Positions 48,384 to 61,637 of a DNA stretch of 64,000 nt are shown piece by piece. Made by a program: the position numbers and the translations under genes. The stretch comes from Takakia lepidozioides (taxonomy: Eukaryota > Plantae > Bryophyta), in contig CM060731.1 in assembly GCA_030704615.1 (NCBI GenBank), positions 67,518,001-67,582,000 of the forward strand, in the 5' to 3' direction. Below the pieces are notes generated by a model that saw nothing but the letters and a program-made list of their open reading frames with translations, was not told the origin of the DNA and made no database searches. Position 1 is the first letter of the stretch. Each line of letters starts with the position of its first letter.

Positions 48384-48658
48384 CATCTTCAATAGATCCG
48401 GTCAATCGCGCAAGAATTGCCCACTTGCTTGGCCATCCGAGCCTAAAATATATATGACGCCAACCGAAGCCAGCGGAAATAAGGGCCTCTTCCCCTTGTG
48501 GTACTGCCCCCTTTCAGGGATGGGCTCTATTCATATATATATGAAGCCTCCCGAAGGAGGCGTACATTATGGTGTCTCTTGGCCCCAAAGGGCTGATGAT
48601 TACCGGTGGGGTAGAACTTGGTTGTCATATGTGTATATGTATATATATATATATATAT
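48351..48658. repeat. (TA)n microsatellite interrupted by three distinct ~65-85-bp units
   Basis: TA tracts at 48351-48381, 48448-48455, 48533-48542 and 48626-48658 separate three unrelated units. The middle unit recurs at 17159 and 63146. Confidence 0.7.
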
Positions 48659-51297
48659 TCCACCAAACTCGATACTCCATGTTGCGCCAATGATAAGTTC
48701 GGGCCCACTACACCCGAACTAGAATTTTGTTCTTTTGGTTTTTGTTTCTTATGTTTTATGTTTTTTTCGGAATCGGATGAACCTGCACAGTCACAGGCTT
48801 GAACTAGATAATGCAAAACTTTACATTCCAAAAAAATAAATTATAATTTACTACAAAGTTTGTATCATTCTACAAGATGAAATTAGAGAACAATAACAAT
48901 AATGTAGGGGAAAAAAGAGTATGACGCTTTCCAGAGGAAGCAGAAATGTTTTAGAAACTTAATGCAAGCGTGCAATCTCTGACAGCACGGTACACCACAT
49001 TCCATCCTGTCAAATGTTCCCCACCCCATCTCCAGAATGACACTGAACTGGATGATCTCACCAGAGTGACTTACATCGGACATTGGACATTGGAGTGACA
49101 CAGAAGGGAGCCAATAGGTGTACTTGCTATCACGAAAGTTGACCTACAAGTATAAAAGCCACAAAGATCCAGCCTGTCAAATCTTCCCCACCCCCTCTCG
49201 AGAGTGACATCAAAAACCAGATTTACACAGAATGAGATGACATCACCGGAGTGACATTGAACAGTGGAGTGACACGGAGGGAGCGTCACTCCAAGAGTGT
49301 ATCTCCCACTTGGTTTACGTAAATTGACGCGCAGGTATAAAAGATACAAAGAAGCAGGCTCCAGCAGGAATCACACTCTATACCTTGCAACGATGATCAC
49401 CTTCACCTTACCAATTGCAATGTACTATTCACTATTACATAATAATTCATAGCATTCTAAAATCTCTAATAGTTAGTCCGGGGTGAGAGGGGCTGGGGAG
49501 GATTTGACAGGGAGCCTTGCTGGAGGAACCGGCTGCAAGAACTTAGCAAAAGTACCGTCAGATCAAACACTTGCATTAAGTTCTCACATTATTCCTATTG
49601 TTTTCCAATGAAATCTCAAAAATGCCAACATGGAGAGTGAAGAAAATACAAAATTTGCTTGACTTAAATTATGTTGCTTAATGTTGATTTGTCCGTGCAT
49701 GAATATATTCAGTTGCACCAAAATTTGATATTGAGTTTCGTGTGATGGTGCAAAAGTAGTGGTAGCGTGTATCAACCCCATTTTGCACTTTGCCCAAAGA
49801 TACCAACACCCTTCCACGACACCAATGCGACAAGTGCACCACACCGCACCGTACCGGTCCACAACATCCACAACATCCCCCCCACAATCCGGAGGGTATG
49901 CAAGGCTTAGGGAATAAGTGTCGTAATAGTCTCTTGCGTTAGTCAAAAAATAGCTTTGGCAGCTTGTAGAAAGAACTAACGGGAACAAACACTTGCGAGT
50001 CCAAGGAGTGGCGATGTAGTGGCACTAGTTGTGACGGAAAGAGACGAGCAAAGGGGCCACCCACATCATCCACCTTGGCCTTCCACCCGCCAACCCAACT
50101 ACGGCCGAGGGGTTGGCCCCGCCAAGACTGCGAAGCCCTACTCGGAGACGTAAGTGTGAGTGATCATTAGTTTACGGAGAGTCCGGCCAAAGCCCAAAGC
50201 CGCCGTAGCTTAGAGCCACTTCACATGGCCCGGTTATGCAATCCGCATGGGATATTAACCACTCATATGCACTCTTTTAGTGATGTTATGGTGGCAAATT
50301 TTGATCCATCATATTATGGATTATTTTGAAGTCCCGGTGCTGCCAGAGGGACTTGGCTTGTATATCTTTGATGTGTAGATAGCATCACAACACTTTGTCT
50401 TTTAAGATACAATACAACTTAGAAATACAACTTGTGATACTATCTCAAGGCGAGGTTTTGGAATATATATGAAAACCCCAGTGTTTAGATAATGTGAATG
50501 TGTCGTTTGTGAGGTGCATGAAAGACTAAGTGTTCTGATTCTACCTCTTATCAATGCTGAAGATTGTGTGGTTTGTTGGAATGTGTGGTCCATTCTCTAC
50601 ATCTCATCTGTGTCGCCGCTCTATTGCAAGTTTTGTAGTGTGTTGGGACTGGTTGGGACGTTGGATTCCACTTTGACGAAAGGTTTGTATTGGGCCCTCA
50701 ATGGGTTGTGTAGATAGTAAGGGACAAAAACTGTGTGTTTTGATAAGCTGGTAGAAAGCATGTGCACCGTTTGTGTCCCTTGGGCTGGTTGAATTCAACT
50801 ACGTAGTGGCTAATACGTGGAGGAATTTTACGTATGGGCTCATATTTAAAGGAGAAAAAGAAGAGAGGATGATGATGTTGATGATATAGACACCCAAATT
50901 ATCAACGCCTTTTTCTCTTTATACGAAGTGTCGAGACAACCCTCATGTGACGAGTTGCTCTACCAGGGTCCACTATACTTTGTCCAAAGCTTCGTGTGTG
51001 TACGACATTGGGACATTGGGCTCAGCATAGGGTGGTGTGTTGTGTTGTTGTTTTGTTGTAAATTGCATGTGGGCCCCCATACCCTGCTTTCTATCTACGT
51101 ATAGGCCGGAACGAGTCCACCCATAAAGAATGTTAGTTACGCCGACTTCGGTTGGAGTCTTCTTCTTCTTCCCTTATACGTACTAATTTTCATTCAACTT
51201 TTTCAATTACATTTGTGTCAATCCTAATCCTTCAACGAGTCTCTTGCCAAACAAGCATGTCAAATATTCAGAATAAACAAGCGGCCAGTCGCGTATA

Positions 51298-51422
51298 GCT
51301 CCTCTTTGTGAATAGCGGAATCTACTTTCATCCATAATAAACTTGAAATTTCATCCATATGGCTCCTCTTTGTGAAAAGTGGAATCTACTTTCATCCATA
51401 ATAAACTTGGAATTTCATCCAT
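51298..51422. repeat. Tandem duplication, ~64-bp unit x2
   Basis: gctcctctttgtgaa.ag.ggaatctactttcatccataataaacttg.aatttcatccat occurs twice. Confidence 0.85.
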
Positions 51423-52436
51423 TTATTCTTCCCTAGGTGTTACCTGGAGGCACTTCATGAAGTAGTTTTCGTCTCCTTAGGCTCAACATGGGCTCAGCGA
51501 TTTTGGACACCTATGCGTAGTTTCCTCTTTAGAATAAAGAGGAGCTAATAAATAATTTACTTTAAAAGAGAAAGAGCTCCAGGGCCTCAGTCCCCTGTCC
51601 TGAATAAAAAAAGAAAACAAAGAAAAAAAGAAAAAAAAAAAAAGGGCCCGGTTCACTATTTGAGTGGAAGAAATCAAGTGGTCAATGAAAAGGAATCACA
51701 GAATCACTAGTGTCCCCTGTTCTCTTTTTTTTGTTTTTTTGTTTTTTTAAAGTAAGAAACCCTACCACGACTGAAAAAAGTTTGCCTTTTTTTGTTTTTT
51801 TGTTTTTTTGTTTTTTTGTGCTTTCTGTATTAGTAAATTCCTTACTCGCCTGCCTTTGTAGTTCCAGTGACGTGTTCAATTGAACATCCAAAATACATGC
51901 CCTTCATCCAAATATATATATATATGTGTGAGCTCCGTCCTACAAAACCGGAGACCGGTCTTGCAGCGCGGCACCTTGTTCTTTGCTCCTTTCTTGTTCC
52001 TACAACATTGACTGCAGAGTGAGGGAGAGTGAGGGACGGAGAGGGAGAGACTGTTTGCTTATCCAGTCTGGGAGATTCTTCTTTGGTGGTCCTTTAGCAG
52101 AAGAAGAGGCAGGGTGAGAGAGAGAGAGGCGACAGACGTCCTGGAGTGCCATATGTGACCTCTGGACTTCTTGGAGAGAGAGAGAGGTTACGGCGCTTCC
52201 TTATTTTACGAGGATTGATATAAGAACTCACAAACATATATATATATACAGATCTATGATTTGACGAAAGAGAGTGAAGACTAGAATATATATGTAGAAT
52301 TTTGATGTTGGGAAGTTGATTCGTGTGCAATCTCCTTGAGGTGCTCAAAATTTGTATGTAGTTGCTCGTAAGTTGTTTTCACAGTGCTCACGTTGTCTGT
52401 CTCATCTGCACCTCCAGTTCGACTGTGAATTTTGTA

Positions 52437-55400
52437 ATGGCGCGTGCTCCCGCTACTGTCTCGCTTCTGCTTGTTTTGGCAATTGTGAGCGATAAATATG
52501 GAATGACGTTAGCGTCTCGCAGCAGTCTCGTGTCCGATTCTCAAGTTTATACAGAAGAACATACACCAGCGTTTGGACAATCGAAGGCCTCCAACGGTTT
52601 GGGACGTACACCTGCAATGGGGTAATTATATGTATATATGAGTTTAATAGAGGGAAATTAAAAAGAGTGTTGAAGGTCCTGAGTGACATCTCGCGTTATT
52701 GATTTCGGGTCGATTGTCAATTCCAGAATATCTCAATTTTGACCTTCCAGTACTGCTGGTTTGCTTGGACTACTTTAAACCTAGAGATAGGAAATTATTA
52801 ATGTTGAGGCCTGTCATGCAGTTGAACATGGAAAGCTTGAGATCAAGGAGAGATATTAAGTTAAAGGCTGCGAGTTTTGTCAGGGACTCTTGTTTTTGCA
52901 CAGATACTTTTGCACATTTTGAGGTGAGAGAATGATTCATGTGATCGGAGTAGAGTCCATCCATGAACCTCGTAAGAGGGAGAAGTGGTCCGAGGCACTG
53001 AGAATATTATATTTCCAGTTCGTAATTGTCAGCAAGAAAAGATCAAATTAACTTCACAGCGTCCGCGATGGAATTAACACACGCGACAGATCACTAGCAA
53101 TTCATCTGACAAGTTTTTGGTAACATCACGCTCGCTGAACTTGAGAAATCTATGAATTGTTATTGCTCGAATTGAACATTAGACCAGAGCTCCCGGGCGT
53201 CCATAGTGCACAAATGTATGTCCGAATTTTGAGCTCTATATTATTATATGTGTATATGTACAAACTTTAAAGCGAGTACCGCCGACCTGGAGAATGTCAT
53301 TTCTGCGAGAATATGCAGTACTCACCGAGTAAACCGTGTAGTGGAACCGACAGGAGTGAGCGGGACCCCGCGACAGCGGCAGCGGCGCGAGCGGAGGTCT
53401 CCTGCCGGTTCGTAGAATTTTGATATTAGCCCGTCCACCGCTGCCCTGTGTCACTAGGTCCCTATATACGGCAGAACCCTGCCCGTAACCTGCTTATTAC
53501 CAACGTGGCCCAACGAACAACCAGGCAGGGTACCCGCCCCTAGTAAAACTACAAAGGAGAAAAACCAAAATTCTACGTGTACCAATTTCGTGACCCAAAC
53601 ATCAACACACGCTTTTGTTGTTGTCTCAGATGGAATAGTTGGAACCACTTCGGATGCAGTGTTGACGAAGCAGTGATCTACCAAACAGGTGAGTAGTACT
53701 TACCGGTCCCGCCATTTCAACCCTCAAATCCTCGTAATTGGATTCTTATATACATGTACTGGTCAGTTAAATTCTACATGAATATGTAGCTCGGCCATTT
53801 CCACTTACTTTTGGACGTAAGCAAATGGGTAGATGTGTTGGTTTGCAGCTGATGCGCTCTTCTCGACCGGCCTTGCTGCGAAGGGTTACAAGTACATCAA
53901 CATAGGTAATTTCCTTTTGAGGATACCTGCAATTCGACAGGTTCACATGTGCTTGTTGTTCGTCCTGTAGGCCACAAGGCACTTTCATGCTTGCCTAACT
54001 GTGTAGAGGATCGCATCTTGCTGGGGAAAGAGGTTTTAACTGTCTACCGGTCAAGCAATGTCTCAGAGAGCACTGATGTATAACCGTGAATTTTTTTGTT
54101 TTATGTATGGTTTAAGACTGGCAATCTGAATCTGGTTCTTTGCTGTTACTGAGACAGATGACTGCTGGGCGGCTCCCAATCGTGATGCACAGGTGTGCTA
54201 CCTTGATGTCATGAATGAATGAAGGTTCCCAGATCTAGTTATGTATGCATTCACGAGCACTTCATTTTTCCCCAGGCTTCATTTGCCGGGACAGATTTGG
54301 TCCAAGCAATATACATGAGCTGAAGTTGACCAAAACAATTCTTCAAGATTCGACGGGTGAAGAGTGCACCTGGAAATTGATGCACTGTAGGTCTTTTGCA
54401 GCCAATTTTCACTTACAGTATGACACTTTAAAAGCTCAGGCTGCTGATGTGAGCATGAAGAGTCTTACCGCCAGTTATAAGCACGTGGGACTGCACGGTT
54501 AAAGCCGATTTGATGGGCGGGGATGTTTCTTGTGACAGGGGAACATCCAGGCGGACCCGGCAACGTTTCCTTCCGGTATCAAGGCGGTTGCAGACTACGT
54601 TCACAAGAGAGGTCTTCACCTCGGCATCTATTCTGATGCTGGGTGAGCTCAATTTACCCTCGTAGACAGGACCTTAAACGGAAGAATTCTTCACTTGCAA
54701 GATTCATCATTCATCAAAGAAAATTTTCCTGAGACCTGAACATAGAGCCTGAGTGCCCGCACTCTACAGCTGTGCGCAAGTTTTAACCTGTTACCTCTTT
54801 TCATATATATCATCCACGCTGAGGATTCTCACTTAAGCTAGAATCTGGAAAATTTATGAATCAGGCAACTGACCTTTGCAGCATCTGGAAGTGCTCAGAC
54901 CTTTTGTTTTTTTATCATCCTCAGAGCTTGTTATTTTTCTTGATTTGGAAGGTCCAGCTCAGTGAATACACGGTCTAATCAAATGTAGAACAGGTCCAAT
55001 CAATCTCTATTTACCCTGGAGCATCTAGTCTCGCAAGATTGGGTCTTGAGATATAGTTAGTTCAGTTCATCTTGCTTATTTCGAAATTGATAATTCAAGC
55101 CATGGATTTGGAAGACTTAAAGAAGGCGCCGGGGTGACTCTGGCAGGTATTACACCTGCGCACAGCGGCCAGGGTCACTTGGACATGAGAACCAAGATGC
55201 TAATACCTTCGCTTCCTGGGTTAGTTTCGTCATTCCTATAATTATTCAAGGTTCTCATCTGACGCCGGACTATATACATCTGTTTAGACCTAGGTGCATA
55301 ATTGAATGTACTTGTACGTCTGGTAAGCCTAGACTAGCACCAGACAACGTGATGGGAGTGTGATGGCAGGGAGAAGAACTGTAACCTCCTCTATAGAGAA

Positions 55401-58400
55401 TCTGTACATGGTGTGGGTTCATTTTGGACCTGCTGCTCAAGATAAGAAGTTACACTTTCACATGACATTCCTCTAGCCGTCATGTGAATTTTTCTTGTAG
55501 GGAGTAGACTATCTGAAGTACGACAACTGCTATAATGATGGGAGCGATCCTCGTGTCAGGTAAGTAATCGTCAAGCACTCTCCAAGCACTGTAGGTACTG
55601 TCCGGTTTCTCAGAAAGTATCCTCTGGCTTTAATTATAAAGAGACACAAGTTTCAAGTGCTTCCGAGCACCTTGAAAATTTCACTCAGACCAGCTGAATC
55701 TGCATTCTCCACGTTAGTCCGTCTGCCGGATGGTGCAGTAATGGCTCCACCTTTACACTGTAGAAGTTATAAATTCGTGAACGGAAATTACAAGCTCTAG
55801 AGGAAGCAGATAGAATTTTTTAGGACTTCTGCTTTTCAATGATCCCAGGTCCCAATATGATGTGGGTTTGCTAATTATCTGGCTCGGTTGGAGCAACTAC
55901 AGGTATCCAGTCATGAGTAACGCTCTCCGAGCAAGTGGCCGCCACATTTACTTCTCATTGTGTGACTGGTAAGTGGCGTCACTGGCTACTGAAGTGTGAA
56001 CTTTATCCTACTTTTGACAACGATTGTGGGTTATATACTAGTTAACGATTGCAGTCCTGCAAAGCTTTCACCCGGAACAACATGGAAGCTCAGAGATGTA
56101 CTCATTGAGTACCGTTTCAGGCTGCAAACTGGAAACATAAGTGCTCAGAAGCCCCGGGGATAAGTGGGATGAGGGGTCTCAGCCCATCGGGATACACAAA
56201 GAAGTTTATCCACAATAGCCCTCGATAGCGGTCGCGCCAACCCGAGAATAATCCGGTTGTACAGGGAGCAGTGTGTTTGATGTCAGATGGGATCTAGAAG
56301 ACGCTAAAAGACGTCATGCTAGAAAATACTTGGTCTGTTGATTCCACTGTAGGCTATAATTAAATCTCAGGAACTGCAACTAGGACAGGAGTCCATGTAC
56401 CTAGATTTACACAATACGTCGACCCAGTCGGATGATACATGTGCAAGTGCTCGGTACATTTGTTGCAGGGGTAGTGGTGACCCAGCAACATGGGCTCCTG
56501 CACTTGGAAACAGCTGGCGCACAACGACTGATATCAAGGACAACTGGGGCAGGTAACCAAAGCTTGTAGCTGGAGGCTCTCTATGTCATCTTCTCCGAGG
56601 TCATGAAAGTAATCTATCACTTTTAGTTTCCAAGGGGCAGCTGGAGAATCCTTAATTAAGGGGATGAGCAGAAGTGATCTTGCAGATTGAGTGTTAGCCA
56701 TTTGCTAGCATGTTTTCTTGAGCATGTTCAAAAGTCTGGCCTGTTTGTGCGGGCATGTTGTGCAGCATGACTAGCATTGCTGATTCAAACAATCAGTGGG
56801 CACGGTATGCTGGGCCTGGTGGCTTTAATGGTAAGATCATCAAGTAAAGTACTTGTAACTCCAGATAATACTTGTAAAGAGGGTTGGTTTACAGAATGTC
56901 ACTTCGACGTACGTAATTGTTGTTGTTTCTTAGATCTTGGAGATGGACGTGCTTGCAATCGTTTGAATTCTAACCCTTTTCTGCACATCTCCAAGCTAAC
57001 TCAAGACTGTACCTGGAATGTCAAACTGGAATATGTGCATGGATTGACGCTGCAACAGGCAATGTGTGAACCTTGAACCCTTCGTGAATTTTGCTCGAAT
57101 TTTGGGTGTGGCAGATCCTGACATGTTGGAAGTTGGTAACGGGGGTATGACTGTGGAGGAGTACCGCTCACATTTCAGCATCTGGTCACTTATGAAAGTA
57201 CTTGACTTCCTCCAAGCTGATCTAAACGAAATCTTGAATATGGATCCAGGCTGCCTCATACTTTTGCTGAATCATCAGCGCTCACTCTGCTCCATCCACA
57301 TTCTCTAGTTTTTTTATCAGGTCGGCAGAGGAATCTCTGAGGGCTCATACAGACACTTTCTGCTTGACCTGTTTCTCGCTGGGCAGCTATCGTGATTACT
57401 TCGTCCTTGGACTAAGAAAGTGTGAGGTCAAAATATGCAGGCCCCACTTCTAATTGGATGCGATGTGCGAACAATAAGCAGTGAGGTTCTAGGGATTCTG
57501 TCTAATCAAGAGGTTATCGCGGTTAATCAAGGTAACCTTTTGACTTGTAATGGGTAAAGGTACATGTCGCTCTGCCACAGTACATACATATGATATTGCA
57601 TGATCTATGAACTCCATGGATGGCTCCCCCCTCCCCTGCATGACCTCGTTGATCTGACCATAGACCCTCTGCATCGTCCCTGCAGATTCATTAGGGGTGC
57701 AGGGGAGAAAAGTATCTCAGCAAGGCAGTGGTGACCTTGAGGTACGCATGAAATGTAGAACTTTCGCCAAGGTAAATTTCTTCTCAGATCCGAGAGCTGT
57801 ACAACCTGGCGAACTCATCTGGGAGGCATAAATTAGGTCTCTTACAAGTTTCTGTAGCTAACGGAGGGCACCAGACCCGGTGGGGGGGGGGGGGGGGGGC
57901 GGGTGGATCGTAGCTTGATTGAAGGTGATTTGATGCCTTTACCAGGTTTGGGCGGGGCCACTGTCTGGCGGGCGCGTTGCAGTAGTGTTGTGGAACAGGA
58001 GTAACAACGCAAGCCCCATCACCGCAAGCTGGGGGGCAATCGGTCTTAGAGCTGGCACTAAGGTTACCATTCACGAGCTTTGGCAGGTGGGTTCTTGGCT
58101 TCCTATCTTTTCAGCATGAGTGTACAGTTTTCTTATTCGTGGATTGTAGTTTCGCCAGACGGTAGCTTGATTGGATAGCGCAGCTGTGTGTTAATGTGAT
58201 CTTCTTCCCCTAACCCTAGGAGGTGTGGCGGTGAGCCTGTGAGGTTGACATTGAAGAGCTCACAGAATTTCAGGGTTCGGAATCTCTTTAGCAAGAATTG
58301 GATGGTGTGAAAGTTAACTTCATCCCTTGGTACTTCTGAACTGGATTATGGAGTGGAACCGCTCAGCATCTGGGGACCCGCCAGCCTGGAAGGCTCCCGG

Positions 58401-58653
58401 CAAATTCCACCCAGGCCGAGGTGAAATTTGAGGGGAGCCTGACACGCTGGGATCCCCAGTGGCCCAGCTCCAAAAACACATATTTCAGAACATCCATAGG
58501 ATGCCTAATGAAGACAGATTTTTTGGTGATTTTTTACTTCCCTTGAAGCTTCTGCAATGTTCACAGAACACTTACGTGACACAAAACGGGGACAACTTCA
58601 GCGCAGGAATTGACTCACATGGCGTTGGTTTTTACATTGTGACTCCTAAGTAA
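52437..58653 (+). CDS. AGAL: Alpha-galactosidase (GH27, melibiase family), secreted, 15 coding exons
   Basis: Exons 52437-52621 (signal peptide; [10 protein letters not shown]), 53630-53688 (WNSWNHF), 53849-53905, 54158-54192 (DDCW), 54539-54642 ([20 protein letters not shown]), 55147-55219, 55501-55559 ([10 protein letters not shown], nucleophile Asp), 55903-55968, 56469-56552 (NSWRTTTDI, acid/base Asp), 56766-56830, 57115-57197 ([11 protein letters not shown]), 57441-57531 (APLLIGCD), 57686-57741, 57946-58086 and 58567-58653. All introns are GT-AG and in phase. Confidence 0.94.
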
Positions 58654-59517
58654 CAGTTCTTAATCACTAGTAGTGAGCACTGAGGTTCTAGGAATCCCCT
58701 AGGAGGACCATAAACACTTGGATGTGCTTCAATTGTAGTAGTAGCTCTCAAGTACAAATTAGGTGTGCAAAGTACTAGTAAGCTTAATAAACACTCTAGT
58801 AGTGAAAGTGATGGATTCAGGAATACAAAATGCTGAGATCCATCAAGAGTGTTCTGGCCTGGGCCTGTAAGCTAGAAGGCTATAGCCCTTGGGGTGAAGT
58901 AACACCATAAGTAGTTATGGTTGCTTGGGCAAGGTCTTCCTTCTTGCTCGAAGCTCTAGCTACCGTAATAAAGCATTTTTTTCTTTCGTTTATCACAATT
59001 TCGCCATCTTGCATTGTCCTTTTTTTTTTTTTTTTTTTGAAGGGGAGGTAGCCCTTGGGAGCTTTATTAATGATTATTGAAGTGAAAAAAATAAAAACCT
59101 TTGAAGCCCGAAGGCACCTAATTATTTAATATCAAACCTCTTGTTTTGGATATAGTAGTATCTACTAAAAACAAAAGTTGACTCTTGCCAAAGCAATTAG
59201 CATGAATTCCGGTGTCACTTTACCCCAAAAGGAACTAGGACTGGAAAGATGGATACTCTATACATATATCACCCTACCTAACATGCATATTCATAATGAT
59301 GTATGATAATTGGTAAGAGTTGGGGAGGCTAGGACCTTAAAGTTATTCCTTGCATTTCAACTCTATATATCCATATTGAGCTTCGTTAGTTATGGAATCT
59401 AGTATGTGACTATGAAACCAGTGGCTCCGCCACAAGAGGCTGTGTCCTTGCTCTTTCCTTCTTTAGGTGATTTTGGGGTTGTTGTTTTATACTTTTTCCA
59501 CTACTTCTTGAATCATG

Positions 59518-59672
59518 CCCATCAACCCTCCATAGACTAGGCTTAATGGATAAGCCTAGTTCTCCCCCTAGGCAAGATGTCTCCACAATGCGGGTCCCAT
59601 CAACCCTCCATAGACTAGGTTGAATGGATAAGCCTAGTTCTCCGTTCCTCGCCTAGGCGAGAAGTCTCCACT
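59518..59672. repeat. Tandem duplication (~78-bp period); each unit contains a short hairpin
   Basis: cccatcaaccctccatagactagg.t.aatggataagcctagttctcc...ctaggc...gtctccac.atgc occurs twice. Stem actaggctta/taagcctagt is perfect in the first copy. Confidence 0.8.
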
Positions 59673-61637
59673 ATGCCTCTATCCCTTGCGGGACATAGCC
59701 AACAACAAAGTAGTAGAGACATATTTCCAAGCAATTTCTATGGTGACCTACAATTTAACATTTGATAAAACAACGACAATAACCAGAAGAACTTTCAAAG
59801 GTCGAAAATGTGAGGAGTAAAAAGCAGAACCAATGGGGTGGGGGTGGGTTATAAGTGGTCATTTTGAAGACAATATTTTCCAAATGGATGAAGTTTCCAT
59901 ATTAACTGTAATGTGAAAAGATTAGATGAAGTATATGTACTTTTTAAGCAACAGAAAATGAGGCAATGAACTTGGTTCTATTGTATCTTTGACTATGCAC
60001 ATGTGGAGGGACAATCAGTCTCCGAGATATCATTGTGGAGAGGCAAAAGACCTGATGGACCCTAAACTAATGAATTGGAAATAAGAACTAGTAGAGTTTT
60101 GTTAATTATATTCCGACGTCTTTGAGTCATGGTCTCTTGTGGGTTGATTGGAGTACGCTACAAAATTTGACCAATTTCACCAAATACTTACAAATATTTG
60201 GACAACTTTTCAGTACATAATAAGACTATATAAGACTATCATATTTCTAATTTTGTATTGATCCAAAGGCTATAGAATTCTCCCAAAAATAAAAATAAAA
60301 ATGCTAATGGCATACTCATATCCAAGGTTTTAGCTTGGGGTGGAGATTCAAATTGCAATGCCTTTCAAGACATCTTTTGCCCTTCAAACAAGAGCATTCC
60401 CAGATGAAGCATTTCAAAAATAAAACCTTTCATTGAAGGGTCATGTAATAATTCATCTTTATAAAAAGAAATCTGTTCAAATTTAGTGCCATTCAATATA
60501 TGCAATATAATGATGACCACCCGAAAAATATAGTTGTATAAATTATAATAATATGCCATGTATATATCTTATATTATTACTGATATCATATCTTGTAAAA
60601 TACGCATATTTTCATCATCACATCCCATTCTCTTCATCCCCACTACATACATCTGTTTTAATGTTGTCAAGACAATTGTCTTTGCATAAACTTTAGGGAT
60701 TTTCAAAAGAAATGATTTGTACGAGTGTGTTAGGGTATCAACGGTTGACTAATTAAGGATCCTTTAGTGGGAAATGTGGTGCCGCATTTTCTAGGAATGA
60801 TAGATGTTGAGGCAGTATAATGGACTTCGAGCACGAAATAAGCCCTAAGATGTCACAATTTCCAATCACTTGAGCAGAAACTATGGAAAAGCATAAACAT
60901 TATTTGAACGGCCAGACCTGTTTTTGGAAAAGGGTACATACCCTGACAAGATTGGATGTAAGTTGCAGGAAATGTTCATCCGAGTGGATGAACCGTACAA
61001 CAAGGAAGGTAAGGTCATCATGCAGGTGGTCAGAAATTTGCAGCTGATTTCACCGTTTCAATCAAAAGATTAAGATTATAAGAAATGGAAACGGTGAGTT
61101 TTTGTAAGTCAACCAAAAAATCCACCTATATATCAGGGTTGACCATCAGTTTGCTCTATGATTTTTATTTTTTCTTATCACGCACCACCACAGACTCAAT
61201 GCCTACCATGTATAGAACGTGCTCTCCAAATTTGGAACCCAAATTCCATGTTGTTGATCCTTTTGTATGTGAAAAGTAGTGGGTAATAAACCCAGTTTCA
61301 CCAAGAGCATGGCCAAAATGCAATGTGGGATTGAATTTCTAGGTGAAATGGAATTCGCAACGGTCAATGTATAGCATGGAAGCATTGAAAGCCACTAGCA
61401 AAAAAACCTAGCACAAATGCAAAGAATTCCATCTAAGATGGAGTTTTAGTAAAATTTCCAACCACCGAGAAAGAGACCCTGCCGGAAAAGAGAAGCCGCG
61501 TCGTTGGCCTTTGGAGGCAGCGCAGAGGCCGCCACGTGTGCTTGTCAACCCGCATAGAAGCCATTCCGTCACACAAAAACCGGACCCCTCTGCATGCGGA
61601 TTTTTGTATCTGCCAGTGCATCTACTCTGTGATCACT

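Noticed and set aside
57882-57903. Poly-G tract as a functional G-quadruplex
   Set aside because: A simple intronic homopolymer with no further evidence.
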